Notes: generated by a model from the sequence alone, not told the origin. A stretch of 63,924 nt of DNA, filler included, from Octopus bimaculoides (GCF_001194135.2; 6 parts of 6 records of this genome joined end to end with filler, not necessarily neighbours in it); one strand, 5' to 3'; positions 25,262 through 37,388 are shown, counted from the first letter of the whole stretch. Program-made: numbers and translations.

Positions 25262-25455
25262 AGCACTCCATCGGTTACAACGACGAGTGTTCCAGCTGAT
25301 ACGATCAACGGAACAGCTTGCTCGTGAAATTAACGTGCATGTGGCTGAGCACTCCGCACACATATGTACCCTTTACGTAGTTTTCGGGGAGATTCAGCGT
25401 GACACAGAGTGTGACAAAGCTAGCCCTTTGAAATACAGGTACTACTCATTTTTGC
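25262..25455 (-). mobile_element. SINE family D tail module
   Basis: CACTCCATCGGTTACAACGACGAG...GATCAACGGAACAG...GTGAAATTAACGTG...GGAGATTCAGCGTGACACAGAG...CCCTTTGAAATACAGG; matches 33175-33360 (+) and 50302-50490 (-). Confidence 0.9.
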
Positions 25456-25807
25456 CATACATACATACATACATACATACATACACACATACATACATAT
25501 ATATACATGTACACACACACGCGCGCACACAAACACACACATACATACATGTATATGTGTGTGTAAATATGTACGTAAATATACAAATATATACACATAG
25601 TTATACGTTTACATATACATATTTATATATACATATACTTATATGTACATACATATTTATATACATATGTATACACACACATATATATACATATATATAT
25701 ANNNNNNNNNNNNNNNNNNNNNNNNNNNNNNNNNNNNNNNNNNNNTTAATTAATTAANNNNNNNNNNNNNNNNNNNNNNNNNNNNNNNNNNNNNNNNNNN
25801 NCTTCAG

Positions 25808-25867
25808 CCTGATTTGTAATGGAACCATAATCATCAGAACCCCATACAAAGTTGCCCACCGCCATAG
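25808..25867 (+). CDS. Candidate 60-nt internal exon (unverified)
   Basis: cttcag| ... AG|gtgcgc; a single open frame LICNGTIIIRTPYKVAHRH, phase 2-2; the acceptor tract is hidden by a gap; no recognised homology. Confidence 0.15.
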
Positions 25868-26437
25868 GTGCGCGTGTATATGGTTCTGCTAATTACAGTT
25901 TAATGGTAAAATTCAAAAGTCTTCGTTTTGGCGCGCTAATTCCAGGAATATGTCTGCAGAGAATATTTACTGCGTCGCATATATCCAGTATGAGAACTCG
26001 GTAAGGGTTAATATATTATTATTAAAAAATGGCAAAAAATCATATATTAATTAATATCGATTAATTACCAGGAAGCTAGCACATTTAAAGAATCAAAGAG
26101 ATTCAGAACAGTATCTGCAATCTCCGGGGAATAAAGTACATTTTTATATATGACGTCGACCACTAACGTGGACATTTAATGTGCTAGAAATAGATCACAT
26201 CTTGTGTCTAAAAAGACCTAAATTGTTCTCAACATGAAATATAGCGTGATACCAAAACGTAAGCGGGCAAGACATTTATATATAGCGCCACAAGCATACA
26301 AGATCCTGCACCGCGTACACACCACATACACATGGTGACGCACGNNNNNNNNNNNNNNNNNNNNNNNNNNNNNNNNNNNNNNNNNNNNNNNNNNNNNNNN
26401 NNNNNNNNNNNNNNNNNNNNNNNNNNNNNNNNNNNNN

Positions 26438-26477
<40 letters not shown>

Positions 26478-26934
26478 GCACACACACACGCACGCACACA
26501 CACATGCTGCACCTTCAATTTCTCAAAATGCCAAAATTCCCTCTAATCCGCACAAACAACTTTCCCGCTCTCTCCCTTGCTTACGTTTCGACACATCACC
26601 CAATTGGTCGCCACACTAGAACGCCCTCCACTTCGCCGTATACGACCGCTTCTCAACTACTACTACTACTAGTAGTAGTACTGCTGCTGCTAATACTACA
26701 ACTGCTGACAATGGTGTTAGTACTACCTATAGACACATTGCCAATACTTCGTTACATATCCTCCTCTTCCTCATTTCTTCTCCCCACTTTTACCTGCTCC
26801 CCCAAATCCTCCGCCACCTCCTCCTCATCAACATCATGATCATCGTCATTATCTTTATAATCATTGTCATTACTCGTTTACCACAACGAACAAAGATGCT
26901 TACGTGCATTTTTTGCGCATTTCTTTAATTTTGT

Positions 26935-27105
26935 TATTCTTTTATTCGTTTCGGTCATTTTGACTGTGGCCACGCTGGAGCACCAACTTTAGTCGAGCGA
27001 ATACACCCCAGGGCTTATTCATTGTAAGCGTAGTACTTATTCTATCGGACTCTTTTGCCGAACTGCTAGATTGCGGGGACGTAAGCGCACCATTTGGTTG
27101 TCAAG
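26935..27105 (-). mobile_element. SINE family B tail half
   Basis: GTTTCGGTCATTTTGACTGTGGCCACGCTGGAGCACC...CTATCGGACTCTTTTGCCGAAC...GGGGACGTAAG. Confidence 0.9.
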
Positions 27106-27119
27106 CGTTTTTGAGGAGA

Positions 27120-27418
27120 CAGACAGACTCCTCGGTGACCATATTCCCATCTCTCGCCTACGCAATGAAATACATCTAAATTTACTTCTTGTTTCTCTAT
27201 GAACAGACATAAACTTCCTGTTGACAAAGAGTCCAGAACTCCAACTAAAGAGTATAAAACCCACAGAATTGTCACCCCTTATCCACACTTCCTGTTTAAC
27301 ACATAAACATTCAACCATTTTTAAACACAACACTAATCTTAAATACATGGATCCTAATCTTTCTAGCAATTATCCACATGAATTACCATTGAACTTTAAA
27401 AGCTCAAAGACAATATAA
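27120..27418 (+). mobile_element. Possible Penelope-like element linker fragment
   Basis: STIFKHNTNLKYMDPNLSSNYPHELPLNFKSSKTI resembles the PLE linker between RT and GIY-YIG (..KH..L..DP.L...FP..P...F.R.KNL); weak. Confidence 0.3.
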
Positions 27419-27711
27419 TGTTTTTGGTATATTTATTTTTTTTATATATTTTAACTTTTTTTTGTAAAAAGCATTATTTTCTTTTTCCCTCTTCTTGAAA
27501 ATTTGCCATGCTATGAAAGCCGGTTAGAAATCCTTTTTAATCCTCCTGTATATATCTATATTAAAATATGCTTTCAGTTTAGCATTCTGCCTTATTATTA
27601 TTATTATTAATTTTTATTTTCGTATNNNNNNNNNNNNNNNNNNNNNNNNNNNNNNNNNNNNNNNNNNNNNNNNNNNNNNNNNTATATATATATATATATA
27701 TATATATATTT

Positions 27712-28500
27712 AAGATTGGCCCAGGCCATGTCTAACTTAATAGCACTATTCGATATGATTAGCTAAATCCTTTTTATGTCAAGATATGGGATATCATGAT
27801 CCATTATGTTAGGAGTTCTTGTTGAGTAAGTTGTATCCCGGTATTTAGTGGATTATCTGGTATTCTTTGTAGAAATTTGTCTAGTTTTTGCTTAAAGGTG
27901 ATGAGAAACAGTTCCTCTTTGATCTGTTTTGGGACTGTTAAATACGGCACGGCCTGTTGAGAGGAAATTGTGCTGTAGTATATTTATGTGATGTGGTGCT
28001 GAATAGGATTGGGAACGTATGGACCGTAGTCCTAGCCTTGGGTAAATTCTGAAACTGATGTTGAGATCGTTTCAGCAATGCAATCGGTATATTCTCCACA
28101 TCGTGCAGCTGATATATTGCTCACTTCGGTGCTGGAGAGAATAGAGTTTCAATGCTTTAAGGCAGTCCGTGTAATTGAGATCAGTCATGCCCTTAATTCT
28201 TTTAGTGAATGACCTCTGGGGTGATTCAATTTTCAGGATTTTTTTTATGAGGAGACCACAGGGGGCAGCGGTACAAAAGAGAAGAAAAAGAGAATGATGA
28301 AACCTTGTTCTCTGGGCTGGAAGGAACTTAGAATCCAGGAGCTCATCCCCGAGCTATATCGACCTTGTTGTTAATGTGGGCACTCTAGCTGTGATTGTTG
28401 TCAACACTTACTCCTAGGTCTCTGATATTATTAGATGCTGTGAGTAGTTCCTCTGCAGAAAAGTAAGATCCAAGGATCAAGATGTAGAAAGTGAGTGAGC
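27712..28500 (-). mobile_element. CR1-clade LINE 3-prime portion, decayed
   Basis: Minus-strand NNIRDLGVSVD...ESPQRSFTKRIKGMTDLNY..CLKALKLYSLQ.R...FKQKLDKFLQRIPD.P; stops and frameshifts. Confidence 0.85.
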
Positions 28501-28672
28501 TTCAAGCAGTAAGAAGATATTTTAAAAAACAACTTTCAGGAATAGTCGTTTATTGGCGCCGAGGGTTTTGAATTATAGTTCACGGTTAGCAACCGGAATT
28601 GCTGAATATGCGAATAAACATAATTCCGACTCCATTTCCAAATTTTGTATATATATATATATATATACATAC

Positions 28673-29160
28673 GGCAAATGTGAAATCGATAGACAAATGT
28701 GCCAGTGTGTCTATTTATTCCAATGTATTGGAATGATACACACACATGCATTAGTGGTAGAGATTATTAAATAGAAACAGTTAGTAATTGGAAATTGCAA
28801 CAAGGGCGTGAGAACGTATAAGCATAGAGGAACAAGTGATCAATTGAGTAGATGAGCAAATGTGTAAATAAACAGATTGTCTATAAAACCGAATGGGTGT
28901 GTAGGTGCAGCTACGCACCCATTCGGTTTTATAGACAATCTGTTCATTTGCCCATTTGCTCATTTGCTCATCTGCTCAATTCCTCGTTCCAATATGCTTA
29001 CATGCTTCCACACCCTGTTTTTGCAATTACCAATTAGTAACGCTTTCCATTTGATAATCTGTACCACTAATACATATGTGTCTATCAATCCAGTACATTG
29101 GAATGAATAGACATACTGCAATGTTTACCCGCTGATGTCTGTCGATTTCATATCTTTTCC
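28673..29160. repeat. Long palindrome/foldback, about 240-bp arms, essentially no spacer
   Basis: Centre TG|CA at 28907/28908; the inner 36 bp pair with 2 mismatches; arms alignable out to GGCAAATGTGAAATCGATAGAC (28673) / GTCTGTCGATTTCATATCTTTTCC (29160); mirror-image ORFs in the track. Confidence 0.95.
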
Positions 29161-29342
29161 ACTTTCTTATTTGAGGTATAAATCAAGAGTAAACCACTTT
29201 TTACCCCCTCCCATATATAATACTCAATTGCAGGTTGCTACACAATAACTAGCACTTGGGTATGAATAATTGGGTACACTACCAGCAGTATATTGCAGAA
29301 GTACTATCCCTTAGTTGGTTTCTCAGCCTCTAACTCACATAG

Positions 29343-29375
<33 letters not shown>

Positions 29376-29623
29376 NNNNNNNNNNNNNNNNNNNNNNNNN
29401 NNNNNNNNNNNNNNNNNNNNNNNNNNNNNNNNNNNNNNNNNNNNNNNNNNNNNNNNNNNNNNNNNNNNNNNNNNNNNNNNNNNNNNNNNNNNNNNNNNNN
29501 NNNNNNNNNNNNNNNNNNNNNNNNNNNNNNNNNNNNNNNNNNNNNNNNNNNNNNNNNNNNNNNNNNNNNNNNNNNNNNNNNNNNNNNNNNNNNNNNNNNN
29601 NNNNNNNNNNNNNNNNNNNNNNN

Positions 29624-29689
<66 letters not shown>

Positions 29690-30284
29690 CGAAACTACTA
29701 TCTTTCCGTTCAGCTTCGTCATGAACGATGATAATGATGATGTCAGCGACGATGTTGTTCATATTGATGACGAAGGCGGCGATGACGATGACGACAATAA
29801 TGATAGCCGAAGGTGGTGAAGAAGATGATGATGATGATGATGACGACGATGTCGATGATGATGATGATGACAAAAAATACTGATGATGATAAAAAAAAAC
29901 ATAATACAACGCAAACGCGCTGAATCACCACACCTTACAGTCGTCTTAAAAAAGATAAGAGACAACCTGGATAATGTAGTTTATAGTTGTAGAAATATAA
30001 TCATAGAACCAGTGTAATCCATATTGTGTTTAATCGGATAGTCGAGGTTGGTGTCTGCGTTAGCCTGGTAATCCACTGAAAATATTGTTTCTTTTGTTAG
30101 TCTTAAATACACAGTGCTTGGATACGGTTGGATGCCTTTCATAATAGGTTTAATCAGACATGGGACTAAGTGACACAACACTTGGTCGTGTTTAGGTTTT
30201 AATACCGGAAGTTTGTTTTTCCTTTTCTTTCTCGGCCCTAAGACTTACAAAGCCGGTTACCCGGATTACATGGTGTTTCAGTGA

Positions 30285-30362
30285 GAGAGAACAAGATATT
30301 CTCTCAGAACGGGACGCCGGTCTGTTGCAGGTTTCAATGCCAGTAATTCTAAGGTGAAGGGA
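30285..30362 (-). mobile_element. SINE tail fragment (V-domain-like), sister of 31318-31400
   Basis: Minus strand CCTGCAACAGACCGGCGTCCCGTTC resembles CTGCGATGGACTGTCGTCCCGTCC in the family-C tail at 30886. Confidence 0.55.
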
Positions 30363-30379
30363 CATTTCATAAATTAAAT

Positions 30380-30588
30380 TGGTTTCGGCCATTATTGGCC
30401 TAAGCCATGACTAATTCAATAGCACCACCTGGAAAAGTATTTTAGTTAATTACTTCGGGATACCATGGACCACTCAAGCAGAGAGTTGTTGTTGTTGGTT
30501 AAGACGTACCCAGGTGTAGGTGGTTTATCCGGAATTTCCTGGAGGAATTTGTCCAGGTACCGTTTGAAAGTTGTGGGGTCTTAGGACC
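30380..30588 (-). mobile_element. CR1 LINE 3-prime end fragment
   Basis: KDPTTFKRYLDKFLQEIPDKPPTPGY...NSLLEW; the 3-prime UTR resembles 27712-27760. Confidence 0.8.
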
Positions 30589-30673
<85 letters not shown>

Positions 30674-30700
30674 TGTGTCTGTGTCTGTGTCTGTGTCTGT

Positions 30701-30982
30701 GTGGAGGTGTAATGGTCCTGTGCTTAGGGCAGCGGACTCGTGGTCGGAGGATCGCGGTTTCCATTCCCAGACCGGGCGCTGTGTGTTTATTGAGCGAAAA
30801 CACCTAAAGCTCCACGCGGCCCCTGTTGTACTCTTTCGCCCCAACTTTCTCTCAGGCTTTCTTCTTGTTTCTTGAGTAACGCTGCGATGGACTGTCGTCC
30901 CGTCCAGCTGCGGGGAACACATACACCATCGAAACCGGGAAACCGGGCCTATGAACCTGGTTAGGCTTTTAAAAGGGCGCAG
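30701..30982 (+). mobile_element. SINE family C (tRNA-like head, V-like tail) after (TG)n
   Basis: GTGGAGGTGTAATGG...TTAGGGCAGCGGACTCG...GGTTTCCATTCCCAGACCGGGCG...GAGCGAAAACACCTAAAGCTCCACG; tail CTGCGATGGACTGTCGTCCCGTCC...AAAAGGGCGCAG. Confidence 0.85.
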
Positions 30983-31317
30983 AAATGAATAAAAAATAAA
31001 TATATATATATAGTGGAAACTTACAGAAAAATTGATAAAGCCAGGTATAAAAACATCAAACGGGTGTATTATTTTAACGCTTGGGGAGGTGAGAATGTAT
31101 TTTACGTTTCGAGCCTACGCCCTTCAACAGAAAGGAACACAAGGAAATAAACAGAGAGAAGCGAATCTAAGTCATCAGCATCACTCGGGCTCGTCTCGGA
31201 TTTCGCATAGGACATATGACTGCTCGAAAAGAATCCACATTTTTCTGCAATATTTCTAGCTCCAAATAGTTTATTTTTGATATATCTAGCACTATGTATT
31301 TCTCCATTTCTAAGTGA

Positions 31318-31400
31318 TTGAGAACAAGACATTCTTTCAGAATTGGACGCTGGGCTGTTGCCGGTTTCGATGCCAGCGATTCTAAGGTGAAGAGGTATGT
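31318..31400 (-). mobile_element. SINE tail fragment, about 80% identical to 30285-30362
   Basis: GAGAACAAGACATTCTTTCAGAATTGGACGCTGGGCTGTTGCCGGTTTCGATGCCAGCGATTCTAAGGTGAAG. Confidence 0.55.
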
Positions 31401-31719
31401 CAATTATATAGACTGTAGTTCTTCACTAGTCTTCTATTTCATAATCATTCCGGAAGGGTTGAATGTCAAAGTTCACCACAGCGATATTTGAACCCAGACT
31501 ACTAAGAGCCAGGAAACAAAACCGCAAAGAACTATTTGCAATACTGCCAGTTCCGCGCCTTATTTGTAGAATTTATTCTGTTTCAAACATTCGCCCAAGA
31601 CTTTATTTCTTTCCTCGTTAACGTTATTATTGTATACATTTTGATATGCAGAATTTCAGAATGGTTATCAACCGACATTATCATTTATCCAACATATCCA
31701 ACAAGAGAAACTCTTGCCT

Positions 31720-32312
31720 AACAGCATTTCGTCCGTCTTGACGTTGGAAGTTCAACGTCTGTCGAATTCGAGTTTACCTTTCATCGTTCCGGTGTTACTA
31801 AAATAAATACAGGTTGCGCACTATGGTCGATGTAATGGACTCACCTCTTCCCAAGCTTTCAGGCCTTGCGCCTATAATAGAAATATTGTTGTTATGATCT
31901 GGCATGGTTGTAAGCAAACATAGCAGTATTTCGCCCGTCGCTAAGTTCTGAGTTCAAATTCTGCCGAGGTCGACTTTGCCTTTCATCCTTTCGGGGCCGG
32001 TAAATTAAGTAACAGTGAAACACTGTGGTCGATGTAATCGACTAGTCCCCTTCCACAAAATTTGAGGCCTGGTGCCTCCATTAGAAAGGATTATTATAAG
32101 CTAGCAGTAGCCTTAACACGCCGGTCAAACAGCTTAGCGATATCTCGTCCACCTTTACCTTCTGGTTTTAAATTTCACAGAGGTCTAATTTGCCTTTCAT
32201 TCTACCGGAATCGATAAGATAAATACAAGTTGAAAACTGGGGAAGATGTAATCGACTTACATCCACTCCCCATCGAATTTTCTCGCCTTGTACAAAAATT
32301 TGAAAATAGAAA
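31720..32312 (+). mobile_element. Three head-to-tail SINE-A copies (about 31720-31890, 31900-32098, 32100-32312)
   Basis: Each has B-box-like GTTCAAAT/TTTAAAT, core CCTTTCAT..TTCGG..AAGTAC/AATACAAG, GATGTAATCGACT and a GCCTTG tail, joined by ATT/GTT runs. Confidence 0.85.
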
Positions 32313-32978
32313 AAAAGATCTAACATTTAAGATTTTTTCAGCATATGTAGGCGTATTCGTTGCTCTGTGTTTAAGAAACTCCCTTTTGCATTTACGAAAT
32401 ATTAGATTCAATTCCATTGCGCAACAACTTGAGTAGGTCCCGTGCGGAGCAATGCCTTCTGAGAGAATTTTATATGCGAAAACGTATGAAAGTCCGTCGT
32501 GCACTCACACACACACACACACACACCCACACCCACACACACACACACACACACNNNNNNNNNNNNNNNNNNNNNNNNNNNNNNNNNNNNNNNNNNNNNN
32601 NNNNNNNNNNNNNNNNNNNNNNNNNNNNNNNNNNNNNNNNNNNNNNNNNNNNNNNNNNNNNNNNNNNNNNNNNNNNNNNNNNNNNNNNNNNNNNNNNNNN
32701 NNNNNNNNNNNNNNNNNNNNNNNNNNNNNNNNNNNNNNNNNNNNNNNNNNNNNNNNNNNNNNNNNNNNNNNNNNNNNNNNNNNNNNNNNNNNNNNNNNNN
32801 NNNNNNNNNNNNNNNNNNNNNNNNNNNNNNNNNNNNNNNNNNNNNNNNNNNNNNNNNNNNNNNNNNNNNNNNNNNNNNNNNNNNNNNNNNNNNNNNNNNN
32901 NNNNNNNNNNNNNNNNNNNNNAGAGAGAAGAGTGAGAGAGAGAGAGAGTTGTATGTATATGTGTGTGTGTGTGTGTGT

Positions 32979-33360
32979 GTGGAGGCGCAATAGCTCAGTG
33001 GTTAGGGCAGCGGACTCGCGGTCATAGGATCGTGGTTTCGATTTCCAGACCGGGCGTTGTGAGTGTTTATTGAGCGAAAACACTTATAGCTTCACGAGGC
33101 TCCGGCAGAGGGTGGTGGCGAAACCTGCTGTACTCTTTCGCCACAACTTTTTCTCACTTTTTCTTCTTGTTTCTGTCGTACTTGTATTTCAAAGGGACCA
33201 GCCTTGTCACTCTGTGTCACACTGAATCTCCCCGAGAACTATGTTAATGGTACACGTGCCTGTGGAGTGCTCGGCCACTTACACGTTAATTTCACCAGCA
33301 GGCTGTTCCGTTGATCGGATCAACTGGAACCCTCGTCATCGTAACTGACGGAGTGCCACC
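32979..33360 (+). mobile_element. Chimeric SINE: family-C head and body plus family-D tail
   Basis: 32979-33175 matches 30701-30875; 33175-33360 matches the reverse complement of 25262-25445 and 50302-50480; A box TAGCTCAGTGG, B box GGTTTCGATTTCC. Confidence 0.9.
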
Positions 33361-33399
33361 CGATATGTGTGTGTATGTGTTCGTGTATGTCTTTATGCT

Positions 33400-33550
33400 T
33401 GTTTTTGCCCCCCCACCACCACCATGACAACCCCTGTTGTTTTGTTTACATCCCAGTAACGTTTCACAATAAGGGCCGACCGAATAAGTCCCAGACATGA
33501 AACCATAAATACTGAATGTCCTTTTGTTTGACCAGAGACTGAAACAAGTT
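33400..33550 (+). mobile_element. SINE family B tail, degenerate
   Basis: TTGTTTACATCCCAGTAAC...GACCGAATAAGT...GACTGAAACAAG. Confidence 0.6.
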
Positions 33551-34153
33551 AAACATAAAAAAAAAATTATTAAATATTAAAATGATTATAATAAGCGGTC
33601 AGAACTGTCCCGGGACTGAAACCACGAACTACATCAATAATGTTGTTATTCAAAATAATATATACTTCATCATTTAAAATGTTATTTATTACTTCTTTTT
33701 GCAAAGAAGAAAAGTGATGCCGTCATCCTATGATAACCTACTCTCTAACACAAATGTGATCTTGTGTGTCTTTGATACCATTCAGTTATTTAACTGTTTA
33801 GATATTTATCAGATGTGCGGTTACAATGAATAGAGCTAATTACCTCACACAGTAATGTCAGAGATAATTATTAGTGCATGATCAGATGTATTGATTGCCA
33901 GCGGTGGTGCAATGATAAAGATGATTGTTATGGTGGTAGTAGTAGTAGTAGCAGCAGTATTAACCGTTATTGTACTTGATGTTCATGTTCATACTGTCAT
34001 TCTTTTCAGTATTGTTGAGCTATGCCACTTCTGCCTGTCTGTCTGACTCTCTCTCTCTCTCTCTCTCTGTCTTCCTTATTACTTCTCTTTTTTGTGTGTC
34101 TCTTTGCGTGTATGTGTGTGTGTGTGTGTGTCTTCATAGATATACATGTGTGT

Positions 34154-34205
<52 letters not shown>

Positions 34206-34329
34206 CGCTTTTATAATTCTAATCGTTTCAGCCATGCGGCCGTGGTCATGCTGGAGCACTACCATGGTCTTTCTGATTTTTTCAAACTGGGTGTTTCACA
34301 TCACGACACTTGTATGTGCCTTTGTCCTA

Positions 34330-35140
34330 GCTGGTACATATGGTATATAAGTTTGATTCCGCTGCCCCATCTGTACCTCATGTCGAGCTGTTGGTTCATC
34401 CGGTATTGTGGAGAAGAGGACATCTAGTTCCTTTTTGAAGACATCTACTTCCACCTTAATTTTTGTGGCAGTGTATTGAAGAGCTGTGGGCCATTGAACC
34501 CTAGACTATTGCAGTACCTGGTCCTGAATTGGGGTGGATGGTACCTTTGGTACAATACAATGGCGGCCAGTTCTAGCATCTGTATAACACTCAATGCCAA
34601 AGTTAGGTACTAACCGGTCTAGGATTTTCCATATGTATAGTACTGCATATCTCTCACGCCTTCCAGGGAGTAAAGGTGTACTTTTCTCAGCCTATCTCTG
34701 TATCACATCCGCTGCACTGTTTCAATCTTTTTAATGTTGGACTGCTTCAAGCTCCGTTGTTAGTTTGGCACTATGTGGTAATTATAACTGGGAGCAGAAG
34801 TCTAGTCGACTGAGAACAAAGGTTCTCCACAGGATCAACATAGTTTCTTGGTCTCATGTCTTGAAATACATCGATACCCATTCTCCCAGTTGTCTGCACT
34901 TTGCTGTCATCTTGCTAATGTGCATATGAAACGATGGGCCATTGCACATACTGATCCCCAGGTCTTTCATTACCTGTGAGTCTGGGATTGTAGTGCCTTC
35001 GGGTCCTGTAAATGTAGATTGTACTGTATTCGTTAGTTGATAGTGCAGTGTATGAAATTGTCCAGCATTAAACTGTGTATTGTTTATTTCCTGGTGGCCA
35101 GGAAGATGTCCAAGTGCTGTTAGATGATGTGAACTCAATA
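34330..35140 (-). mobile_element. CR1-clade LINE RT C-terminus, decayed
   Basis: NNTQFNAGQFHTLHY...MKDLGISM...ETMLILWRTFVLSRLDFCSQ...RRERYAVLYIWKIL...RTGRHC...RYCNSLGFNGPQLFNTLP. Confidence 0.9.
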
Positions 35141-35199
35141 AAGCTATCCATACAGTGTAAAGAGAGGGATTGCTCAGTGTCTAAAACATCGAGCAAAGG

Positions 35200-35765
35200 A
35201 TATAAATAGCGATTGTTATACCCACCACGAAAAAATGATCAAGCTCAGTAACAATCTATTAAGCAACAACTACTCCAAAAAATAGTACCCACTCCAATTA
35301 TGAAGAAAAGAGAGTAAAATAACCAATAAACTGTCCACAATCTGTCTATGTGAAAGGCCTCTCCGAAAAGATACAAAAGATATGCAGCCCATATGACATC
35401 AGGACAGTATTCAAGAGTAATAACTTCGCAAATATCTCCATCGGGTAAAACCACCAATAGCAGAGAATATGACTAAAAATTGCGTGTACTCTATTCTATG
35501 CAGCTGTAGTAGGTTATACAAAGGCGAAACATAACACCTCCTCAAAATAAAGGTAGAGGAACATCGCAAAGCTGTGACACGAGGAGATATTAATAAATTG
35601 GGTATAGCTGATCATGTATGGAAAAATGGAGACCACCACTGGAAAATACCACTGGAAGCAGCACACATGCTAGGACACAACAACCTCCTAAGCAGACCAA
35701 GTGCAGATATGAATAGCATATGTGAACCGGTATTAAGGAAGGGTAGGAAAATATTAGATTTATAA
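35200..35765 (+). mobile_element. Penelope-like element, GIY-YIG endonuclease region, decayed
   Basis: YVKGLSEKIQKICSPYDIRTVFKS..LRKYLHRVKPP..ENMTKNCVYSILCSCSRLYKGET*HLLKIKVEEHRKAV...GIADHVWK. Confidence 0.85.
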
Positions 35766-36581
35766 GCCCTAAAATTCACTCCATAGCTCCAGGCTTTATA
35801 TGGTTGCCATTGTTTTGAATACACATTGCAATACGTTTACCCCACTGATTGTGAACTCATAATCGCACATCTGGTGATAGCTGTTGTTGTTGATACATGG
35901 AGACTTTTTAATCACCCTGTATACACACACGCGCACACACACATATATTTGATTAATGAGAGAGGGAGACGGAATATGGAAGATACGTGAATCTTTATTA
36001 ATCATTACAATTGTTTCGACGCATCAAGCACTGATCTCTCGCGGGATTCTGAACTGGTTTAGGTATATAGGTGTATCTCTCGGTGTAGGTGTGTCTCATC
36101 GGGTGATTTCAAAATGTATCACGTTAAAATAGACACTGCTTCACAAGAATTTTTCCCCTTCGTCGTATATAGAAGTGGCAAATTAAGGGATGTGTGCGTG
36201 TGTGTTGTGTATACATACGTATATATATATATAAATATATATATATACATATATATATATATATCTGTATGTAGGTATGTATGCAGCTATATATTTGCAA
36301 TCATTTATGGGTATATCATGTACATGTAAATGTATGTATTTAGATATATGCATCTATATGTACACACATATGTAGTTGTAGGTTGGTATGCACTAATATC
36401 TGGGTATATATATATATATATATGCTTGTATTGACAATTAGGTTTGTAATATGCCTACATGTACACGTACATGTATATACTNNNNNNNNNNNNNNNNNNN
36501 NNNNNNNNNNNNNNNNNNNNNNNNNTTAATTAATTAANNNNNNNNNNNNNNNNNNNNNNNNNNNNNNNNNNNNNNNNNNNN

Positions 36582-36985
<404 letters not shown>

Positions 36986-37319
36986 TTTTTGTTTTGTGCT
37001 GCAGTCACTTATCGATGTTTCTCCTCTCCGTATTCCAATTTTTGTTTTCTTTTTCCCATCAATGGCACCACAAGTGAGTCTTTTATTCTACGCCGCTGCC
37101 TTGATTTTTGTCTTAGAAAATGGAATCCTATAGAATACAACATGAATATGATTCCAAGATAAAGATGACTTCACAAAAACCGAACATCGGTGTCTGCACA
37201 GATAAATATTTATCTCGTTACACTAGTGTTAATATACACATACTTCCATAACAGGAAGAGTGTGTCAGCGGGGGAGGTGTGCCTCGTACGCTGTATCTGG
37301 CCATCCATATTCGAAAATG

Positions 37320-37343
37320 TGGATGGCATTGTTATATGTGTGT

Positions 37344-37388
<45 letters not shown>

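Noticed and set aside
25746-25757. TTAATTAATTAA islands inside N runs (also 36526, 42470, 56092, 62693)
   Set aside because: Each is centred in 44 N + 12 + 44 N = 100 bp; an artificial all-frame-stop scaffold linker, not biology.
32979-33055. tRNA-like sequences at SINE heads
   Set aside because: No complete cloverleaf or acceptor stem; embedded in SINE bodies, so not tRNA genes.
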